This document shows positions 9,007 to 15,693 of a stretch of DNA of 15,693 nucleotides, piece by piece. Numbering within the stretch: the stretch's first letter is position 1; each line of letters opens with the position of its first letter. A program made the translations under genes and the position numbers. Source of the stretch: Paragordius varius (Eukaryota > Animalia > Nematomorpha); the NCBI GenBank assembly GCA_964247055.1, contig OZ176061.1, forward strand, positions 1 to 15,693, written 5' to 3'. The notes below the pieces were generated by a model. The model was not told the origin of the DNA. It saw nothing but the letters and a program-made list of their open reading frames with translations, and searched no databases.

Positions 9007-9693
9007 ATTAACCCATGACGTTCAATCTTTCTTCAAGATATATTATCTTCTAGCTCAGAGTATTTGTATCTGCTTCATGAATTCGCTATAGTTTTTATCT
9101 CCGGTATTACTGTAATAGTGTTTTTTATATTTGGGTTTATTTTAATATCTAAATTCTTTTCTTTAAAATCAGCGCATATCAACATAGTAGAATTTTTATG
9201 AACATCTCTTCCTGTACTAGTTCTTCTAGTAATGGCTCTTCCTACCGTGAAAATTTTATATTCTAATGAAGACTCTCATTGACCAGATCTAACTGTTAAA
9301 GTCATAGGTGCTCAATGATACTGAAACTACGAATACTCTGATTTTCTTGACCTAAATTTTGATTCATATATGAGTCAAAATTTAGGTCAAGAAAATCAGA
9401 GTATTCGACTCATGGATACAGATAACCATCTAATCTTACCCTTTAAGGTAATAACTCGTTTACTAATCTCATCAAATGACGTTATTCATTCTTTTGCTTT
9501 ACCTCAATTTTCAATCAAATCTGATGCTATCCCAGGTCGTATTAATCAATGCTTTTTACTTCCTAAAAAACCACTTACAACTTATGGTCAATGCTCAGAA
9601 ATCTGCGGAGTTAACCACTCTTTTATACCAATTACTTTAGATTGTATCTCAACCAATAATTTTATCTCTTGAATTAATAGAAAAATTAATTAA
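9007..9693 (+). CDS. cox2: Cytochrome c oxidase subunit 2 (228 aa, ATT start)
   Basis: FLQD, GAQWYWNYEYSD, DVIHSF, DAIPGR and the CuA motif GQCSEICGVNHSF. Confidence 0.96.
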
Positions 9694-9696
9694 ATA

Positions 9697-9758
9697 TTTC
9701 TTAGTAGCTTAAACTAAAGCCTTAACCTCTTAAGTTAAAGATCTAATAGCTAAGAAAC
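9697..9758 (+). tRNA. trnK: tRNA-Lys (CTT)
   Basis: Acceptor TTTCTTA/TAAGAAA, anticodon arm TTAAC-CTCTTAA-GTTAA. The T-arm is reduced. Confidence 0.88.
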
Positions 9759-9775
9759 ATAAAAAGACACCACAT

Positions 9776-9833
9776 CACAAAATAATTTACAGTATGTCAA
9801 ACTGTGAAAACAAATTATAATTTGTTTTTGTGT
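9776..9833 (+). tRNA. trnD: tRNA-Asp (GTC), D-armless
   Basis: Acceptor CACAAAA/TTTTGTG, anticodon arm ACAGT-ATGTCAA-ACTGT, T-arm ACAAAT/ATTTGT. Confidence 0.8.
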
Positions 9834-9950
9834 ATACCCCACTTTTACCCTTCTCTCCCCTCGTCTTCCTTGCTAATTATTTTTTTCTTGTTAATAATAG
9901 CATTTTCTTTATATTTATCTTTCTTACCTGTTAACAACCACACAAATTAA
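9834..9950 (+). CDS. atp8: ATP synthase subunit 8 (38 aa)
   Basis: MPHFYP start resembling MPQ, a hydrophobic core, and position between trnD and atp6. ATA to TAA. Confidence 0.75.
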   Translation: MPHFYPSLPSSSLLIIFFLLIIAFSLYLSFLPVNNHTN

Positions 9951-9953
9951 CAT

Positions 9954-10634
9954 ATGATAATAAACCTCTTTTCTAGTTTTGATAGTTACAGTTTCAATAG
10001 CTATATGTATTTTTTCTTGTATTTTGTGATATCTTCATGGTGAATCATTATATCACAAAATACAAGAAAAAATACATATAGCTATTGAAACTGTAACTCA
10101 ACCTACTTTAAAGCTTTTTACAGAGTTGCTGGCCCATCTAGATGGGCCAGCAACTCTGTAAAAAGCTTTAAAGTAGGTTGAGTTACAGTTTCAATAGCTA
10201 TATGTATTTTTTCTTGTATTTTGTGATATAATGTTTTAGGGTTGTTTCCCTATATTTTTCCTGTTACAGCCATATTTTCTATTATTTTTCCTATGAGTTT
10301 AATATTATTTTTTATTAGATTTTTCTTTATTATTAAAAACTTCTCACTATACAAACTTATCCCCTCAGGTAGACCTGTTATGTTAAGACCTTTTCTTTTC
10401 ATAATTGAACTAGTGTCTTTAATAATCCGCCCGCTAACTCTGTCATTACGATTGTCAGCCAACATCACCAGCGGTCACATCCTCATTCATCTTGTGTCTT
10501 CTTCTATAGTAGGGGGATTTTTAATGTCTTTTACACCTTTTTTTATATTAAATATCCTCGAAATGAGAGTAGCTCTTATCCAATCTTATGTGTTTATGTC
10601 ATTAATTTCGCTGTACATTAGAGACTCATCTTAG
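9954..10634 (+). CDS. atp6: ATP synthase subunit 6 (226 aa)
   Basis: MMMNLFSSFD, NVLGLFPYIF, IRPLTLSLRLSANITSGH, ALIQSYVF. The frame is open through the repeats. Confidence 0.95.
9984..10233. repeat. atp6 compound repeat: 188-bp palindrome 10046-10233 plus inverted repeat 9984-10032/10050-10098
   Basis: Centre TCTAGA at 10139/10140. Direct repeat 9984-10032 = 10181-10229. Confidence 0.95.
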
Positions 10635-10635
10635 T

Positions 10636-11421
10636 ATGATAACTAACCCTTTTTATCTGGTTTCACCGTCCTCTTGGCCTTTATTTGTAGCAATAAGAGT
10701 TGCAGCTTTAGCTGCAACTCTTATTGCTACCATGTGAAAAACCTCTTGGCCTTTATTTGTAGCAATAAGAGTTGCAGCTTTAGCTGCAACTCTTATTTGC
10801 TGGGCAGTAGATCTTTCACGAGAAAACAATTCTACAGGTCTAATATCTTTAAATTTAAAATCTTGTATAAAATTTAGTTTTATGTTGTTTATTTTATCAG
10901 AAATTATATTCTTTATATCTTTTTTTTGAAGTTACTTTCATTTTAGATTAAGCCCCGATCCTGAAATTGGATCTTCTTGACCTCCTATAGGAGTAATCCC
11001 TATTCCATTTTTTGAAGTACCTCTTTTGAATACTCTGATTTTATTATCTAGAGGTGCTTTGATTACTTGGGCTCATCATTCAATATTCTCCAGAAAAAAT
11101 GCTATTTCTATCTCTCTTTTAACTTTATTTACTGTAATTTTAGGAGTATACTTTGCTTTATTGCAAATGGAAGAATATACCTCTTCTTTATTCAGTGTAA
11201 ACGATAGTTGTTTCGGTAGAGTATTTTTCACCACTACTGGTTTTCATGGTACTCATATTATCATTGGGTCATTAATACTTCTTGTTTCTCTGCCCTCATT
11301 TTTAATTTCAGGTGATTCTACTATCTCTATTACTTTTTTTGAGCTATCTGCCTGATACTGACATTTTGTCGATGTAGTATGACTATTTTTATTCTTAATT
11401 TTCTACTGATGGGGTGGGTAA
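10636..11421 (+). CDS. cox3: Cytochrome c oxidase subunit 3 (261 aa)
   Basis: SWPL, DLSRE, LSEIMFFMSFFWSYFH, WPPMG, LNTLILLSSG, TTGFHGTH, WYWHFVDVVW. Confidence 0.95.
10670..10797. repeat. cox3 56-bp direct repeat at a 72-bp offset, each copy carrying a hairpin
   Basis: 10670-10725 = 10742-10797. Hairpins at 10687-10730 and 10764-10797. Confidence 0.95.
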
Positions 11422-11446
11422 TTGATTGATTGTTTTAATATCTGCG

Positions 11447-11506
11447 GCTATTTTAGTATAAAAAGTACATTTAATTTCCAATTAAAAAGTAGAAATAAAA
11501 ATAGCA
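11447..11506 (+). tRNA. trnG: tRNA-Gly (TCC), no evident T-arm
   Basis: Acceptor GCTATTT/AAATAGC, anticodon arm TTTAA-TTTCCAA-TTAAA. Confidence 0.85.
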
Positions 11507-11851
11507 ATACTTACATGTCTTATTGCTATTTTTATTTCTACTTTTTTAAGAGCCACTATTGCTTTAGCCTATCAAATATTTAAGAGAAAAGGGAGAGCGT
11601 GAAAGACCTACTCTGTCAATTCCGCATTCGAATGCGGAATTGACAGAGTAGGTCTTTCACGCTCTCCCTTTTCTCTTAAATATTTGATAGTAACTATTAT
11701 ATTTATTATCTTTGATTTAGAGGTTAGTCTTTTTGTTATATCGCCTGTAATCTCATCTTCAAAAGAAAGTATTTTTATTTTCATTATCATCAACATCATT
11801 ACTCTAGGGTTTATGTATGAACTATATTATAATAAGTTTACATGAGTATAG
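11507..11851 (+). CDS. nad3: NADH dehydrogenase subunit 3 (114 aa)
   Basis: AFECGID, SPFSLKYL, FIIFDLEV. ATA to TAG. Confidence 0.93.
11569..11690. repeat. Perfect 122-bp palindrome in nad3
   Basis: Centre TTC|GAA at 11629/11630. Confidence 0.96.
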
Positions 11852-11866
11852 TTAGTCTTTTTCATC

Positions 11867-11930
11867 ATTTAGGGTTTATTATATAAAAATTTGCAATTTT
11901 TATTGGTAGAATATTAATATTTGCTAAATC
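11867..11930 (+). tRNA. trnA: tRNA-Ala (TGC), probably D-armless
   Basis: Anticodon arm AAAAA-TTTGCAA-TTTTT, acceptor ATTTAG/CTAAAT. First gene of the A-R-N-S1 cluster. Confidence 0.75.
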
Positions 11931-11935
11931 CATAT

Positions 11936-11993
11936 TTTACAACATTAACCTGATTTCGACTCAGGTGTCATCTTTAACCTTAGATTTGTAAAT
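11936..11993 (+). tRNA. trnR: tRNA-Arg (TCG), D-armless
   Basis: Acceptor TTTACAA/TTGTAAA, anticodon arm CCTGA-TTTCGAC-TCAGG. Confidence 0.82.
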
Positions 11994-11995
11994 AT

Positions 11996-12059
11996 TTTAA
12001 GTAATTTATATTAGAATACTTAACTGTTACTTAAGAAGAGAGTATTATCCTCCTTAAAA
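11996..12059 (+). tRNA. trnN: tRNA-Asn (GTT)
   Basis: Anticodon arm CTTAA-CTGTTAC-TTAAG, acceptor TTTAAG/CTTAAA. Confidence 0.8.
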
Positions 12060-12073
12060 GGTTGTTTTAAGAC

Positions 12074-12132
12074 AGAGCAGTGTATTTGCTTACTGCTAAT
12101 TAGCTTCAAAGATTTACAATCTTGCTGCTCTA
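12074..12132 (+). tRNA. trnS1: tRNA-Ser1 (GCT), D-armless
   Basis: Acceptor AGAGCAG/CTGCTCT, loop CTGCTAA, T-arm AAGAT/ATCTT. Confidence 0.82.
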
Positions 12133-12268
12133 TAAGTCTTTTCGTCTTAACCACTCAACTAGCTAGTTGAGTGGTTAAGACGAAAAGACTTATTATCTGC
12201 TCTATAAGTCTTTTCGTCTTAACCACTCAACTAGCTAGTTGAGTGGTTAAGACGAAAAGACTTATTAT
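12125..12268. repeat. 72-bp tandem duplication at the trnS1/nad4L junction, each copy with a 62-bp palindrome
   Basis: 12125-12196 = 12197-12268. Palindromes at 12132-12193 and 12204-12265. Confidence 0.95.
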
Positions 12269-12461
12269 TATTATTATTCAAATAGAAATCATATCTTTGC
12301 TTAGTTTGATTATCTTATCTGATTTTTATTTCTCACAAGAAGCATCTATTATTCTCTTAACTTTTTCTCTTTTGGTTCTTGTTATTGAATCGAGTACTGC
12401 TATTACTTATATATACATATCTTTTCGATTAAATAGTCTTACAAATATAAAATTATTTTAA
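12132..12461 (+). CDS. nad4L: NADH dehydrogenase subunit 4L (109 aa from ATA 12132, or 85 aa from ATA 12204)
   Basis: Hydrophobic ORF with IQMEIMSL and VLVIESSTAI, upstream of nad4. The 5' end is tandemly duplicated. Confidence 0.8.
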
Positions 12462-12470
12462 TTTATCACT

Positions 12471-13820
12471 ATGATAACTATTATAAAGAATGCCGCTGCT
12501 GTTATTTTTATTAAGCCTGAACCTCAAGCTCAAATTATCATCATATGTCTTAGATGAATAGTTTTAATATACCCTTTTTCAAGAAAATGGTTATTTTTTG
12601 ATAGCTCATCTATTGAGATTTCTAATCTTTTCAATAGAAATATTATATCCATTACTATAGTATTACTATTTTTATGAGTATCTCTAATAGTGACGCTATT
12701 AATCATAACCAGTATTAGTGAGACATTTAAACCTCTAATTAGAGGTTTAAATGTCTCACTAATACTGGTTATGATTAATAGCGTCACTATTAGAGATACT
12801 TTGGGGTTTTTTATTATGTTTGAGTTTTCTCTGTTACCCATCATGATGATAATTTGAGCTTGAGGTTCAGGCTTAATAAAAATAACAGCAGCGGCATTCT
12901 TGCTAATCTATACTAGATTAGCAAGAATGCCGCTGCTGTTATTTTTATTAAGCCTGAACCTCAAGCTCAAATTATCATCATGATGAGGAGTATCCATCAT
13001 GATGATAATTTGAGCTTGAGGTTCAGGCTTAATAAAAATAACAGCAGCGGCATTCTTTATTAAGCTGCCTATTTATATCTTTCACTCATGGTTACCTAAA
13101 GCACATGTAGAAGCTTCTACATGTGGGTCTATGCTGCTAGCAGGTAGACTATTAAAGCTAGGGTCATTTGGCCTCTTTAAGAGTCTACCTGCTAGCAGCA
13201 TAGACCCACATGTAGAAGCTTCTACATGTGGGTCTATGCTGCTAGCAGGTAGACTAATTTCTTCTTTTATCATAGTCTTACTAAGTGATGGAAAAATAAT
13301 AATTGCTTTTTCAAGAGTAACACACATAACATTAATAGCGTTAGCTTTTTTTGGGGTTTCTACCTCCGGGTTTTACTCCTTATTGTACGTTAGTTTATCT
13401 CACGGATTTACAAGTTCTTGTATATTTTTTATATTTTTTTTAATCTACAACAAATTGTTAACGCGTAACCTTATATTAATTAAATCATCTAATAAGTATA
13501 TAACCTCGTTATTATTTTATTATGTGTACTTTATCATTTTAATATTTAACGCAGGGTGCCCGCCTTCTTTAAATGTAGCAGGTGAAATTATAACTTTTTG
13601 AGCTGTGATAAATGTTTCAAACTATTGAAGTTGATTTTTAATTGTTGGATCTATATGCTCATTATTAATAGGTTTACTTTTATTCATTAACACTATAAAT
13701 ATTACAAATCACTCCTTAGGTTCTCAGAATTTCTCACAAACTTTCATATCAACAAACTTTATTCTATTTGTTTTTTTTATAGCCCATTTACTCCCTTGAT
13801 TGTTTCTAAACTGAATTTAA
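12471..13820 (+). CDS. nad4: NADH dehydrogenase subunit 4 (449 aa)
   Basis: FFIMFEFSLLP, HSWLPKAHVEA, SLSHGFTSS, NAGCPPSLN. Continuous in table 5, ATG to TAA. Confidence 0.95.
12677..12800. repeat. Perfect 124-bp palindrome in nad4
   Basis: Centre TAA|TTA at 12738/12739. Confidence 0.95.
12839..13057. repeat. nad4 double inverted repeat (12839-12910/12914-12985 and 12923-12985/12995-13057) with a further copy at 12486-12544
   Basis: Direct repeat 12839-12901 = 12995-13057. 12486-12544 = 12923-12981. Confidence 0.94.
13102..13256. repeat. nad4 compound repeat (inverted repeat 13102-13150/13182-13230; palindrome 13182-13255)
   Basis: Direct repeat 13102-13151 = 13207-13256. Confidence 0.95.
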
Positions 13821-13838
13821 CCCGATTTATCCTACTAA

Positions 13839-13897
13839 GTGAAGTGAGCGTAAATTGTGATTTTACTAAATCTGATTATTATATTCAGAACTTCACA
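13839..13897 (+). tRNA. trnH: tRNA-His (GTG), D-armless
   Basis: Acceptor GTGAAGT/ACTTCAC, anticodon arm GTAAA-TTGTGAT-TTTAC, T-arm TCTGA/TCAGA. It lies between nad4 and nad5. Confidence 0.85.
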
Positions 13898-14041
13898 ATC
13901 CTAATTTGAATAAAGTCGGATAACTGATATATGATGGGTATAAATATCAAACATATTACTGTGAGTGTTGCACTCACAGTAATATGTTTGATATTTATAC
14001 CCATCATATATCAGTTATCCGACTTTATTCAAATTAGGATT
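13897..14041. repeat. 71-bp-arm hairpin at the nad5 5' end
   Basis: Arms 13897-13967/13971-14041 with a 3-nt loop. Confidence 0.95.
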
Positions 14042-15691
14042 TTCTCCTTTATAATAACTAACTTAAAGTTTGTTGATATATACATTAACTATGACCCTTT
14101 AAGATTTTCTTTTATATTAAATTTAATAGTAGTTTTTTTAATAATTATTCTTTACAGATTTTTTTACATAGAAAAATCTGACTTTAAACTAGGGTTTATG
14201 GGTGTAACTAGTGTTTTCTTAATTTCTATAGTAATTATAGTTCTGTCTTCTTCCCTACCAGTTATTTTACTCGCTTGAGACTCACTGGGCCTTTCCTCTT
14301 TTTTATTAGTTTTGTTTTACAATAATTACTATAGAGAAAATAAAAGACTGGTCACATTAGTTATAAACCGTTTAGGTGACGCTTGCCTTATCATCTCTTT
14401 TCCTTTAATTTTTTCAAAATATGACGCTAATATAAGTTTAATAAATTCATTAATATGTAATTTTACATCTGTGGACTCCTTAATTCTAGTATTACTAATC
14501 ACAGCTTCTTTTATAAAAGCAGCTCAACTACCATGAAGTGCATGGCTGCTAGCAGCCATGGCTGCTCCAACACCTATTTCTTCACTTGTTCACTCTAGCA
14601 CTTTGGTGTGTGCAGGAGTCATTCTTTTCACCAAAGTGCTAGAGTGAACAAGTGAAGAAATAGGTGTTGGAGCAGCCATGGCTGCTTTAGTTTACATTAG
14701 TTTTATAATATCATCTATCTCGTCTACAAAAAATTTTGATCTAAAAAAAATCATTGCTCTAAGTACCATAAACCAAATATCTTTCTTATTAATTATCACA
14801 ATAAGTGTAAACCAGTATTTTATAGTATTTCATATGATTAGCCATGCTGTTTTTAAAAGAAATACTTTTATAATAGCCGGTTGCTTATTTCATAACTCAA
14901 AAAGATCACAAGAATACCGTTTTAATTCATCTAATAGAATTAGTAATTATTCAGTATTCCTACAGAGAGCTTTTATATCTCTATACTCTCTATCAAGACT
15001 GCCGTGATCGATAGGTTTTTACTCAAAGGAGCAAACTTTGTCTTCATCTTTATGAAAGGAGACTGCTCCTTTCATCTCATTGATGCTATTCTTTTTCATT
15101 TTTTACTCTTTTTTCTACTCATATCTTATTATAGCATCAATGAGATGAAAGGAGCAGTCTCCTTTCATAAAGATGAAGACAAAGTTTGCTCCTTTGAGTA
15201 AAAACCTATCGATCACGGCAGTCTTGATAGGGGTTTTTAGAATTTCAGGAGCAAACTTTGTCTTCATCTTAATAAGTCCTTCTCTCCCCTCGTCTTCCTC
15301 TCTCCTTTCACTGTCTCTAATTTTAAGACCTTTTATCACCGGGAAGTATATCTACTTGAGACACTTTCAACCGTTTTCAAGGATAGTAAATACAAATTAC
15401 TATCCTTGAAAACGGTTGAAAGTGTCTCAAGTAGATATACTTCCCACCCTTCTAGGATTTTCATTATTATCTCTACTCTGTCTCAGAAAAAAGAGAGTAG
15501 AGATAATAATGAAAATCCTAGAAGGGTGGGAAGTATATCTACTTGAGACACTTTCAACCGTTTTCAAGGATAGTAATTTGTATTTACTATCCTTGAAAAC
15601 GGTTGAAAGTGTCTCAAGTAGATATACTTCCCACCCTTCTAGGATTTTCATTATTATCTCTACTCTCTTTTTTCTGAGACAATTATTTTAA
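13931..15691 (+). CDS. nad5: NADH dehydrogenase subunit 5 (586 aa from ATG 13931; in-frame ATC at 13898 also possible)
   Basis: [63 protein letters not shown]. Continuous to TAA 15691. Confidence 0.95.
14541..14686. repeat. nad5 inverted repeat 14551-14608/14629-14686 plus a 20-bp palindrome 14541-14560
   Basis: 58-bp arms with a 20-nt loop. Confidence 0.93.
14990..15270. repeat. nad5 inverted repeat 14990-15089/15131-15230 plus a 24-bp third copy at 15247-15270
   Basis: 100-bp arms with a 41-nt loop. 15027-15050 = 15247-15270. Confidence 0.93.
15341..15681. repeat. nad5 3' triple overlapping inverted repeats
   Basis: Arms 15341-15389/15397-15445 (49 bp), 15341-15479/15494-15632 (139 bp) and 15479-15576/15584-15681 (98 bp). 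Confidence 0.94.
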
Positions 15692-15693
15692 GA

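Overview
This window is an apparently complete, circular animal mitochondrial genome of 15,693 bp, linearised at trnF. It uses the invertebrate mitochondrial code (table 5: TGA=Trp, ATA=Met, AGN=Ser), so the standard-code ORF track is broken at every TGA. I located all 13 protein genes, both rRNAs and 22 tRNAs by hand, plus a 260-bp non-coding region and a 10 x 72-bp hairpin tandem array. The striking feature is that about 4 kb (my hand count, roughly a quarter of the genome) is long perfect inverted repeats and compound copies of them. They lie inside intact, normal-length reading frames of nad1-6, nad4L, atp6 and cox3, and I saw none in cox1, cox2, cob or rrnL. This matches the 'coding palindromes' described for horsehair worm (Nematomorpha) mitogenomes (Mikhailov et al. 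2019, Nucleic Acids Res), so I infer a nematomorph source and the basic phenomenon is not new. Several things go beyond simple hairpins: (i) a perfect 416-bp palindrome ties the nad1 3' end and trnI/trnC to the inferred 12S rRNA 5' domain; (ii) some DNA segments occur in 3-5 copies read in different frames and strands of one gene; (iii) in-frame peptide duplications replace transmembrane segments without changing protein length; (iv) a 22-34-bp polypyrimidine element is shared by the non-coding region, atp8 and nad5; (v) hairpin centres and loops occur in both orientations. All coordinates are hand-derived, tRNA/rRNA ends and some start codons are approximate, and no database search was run.
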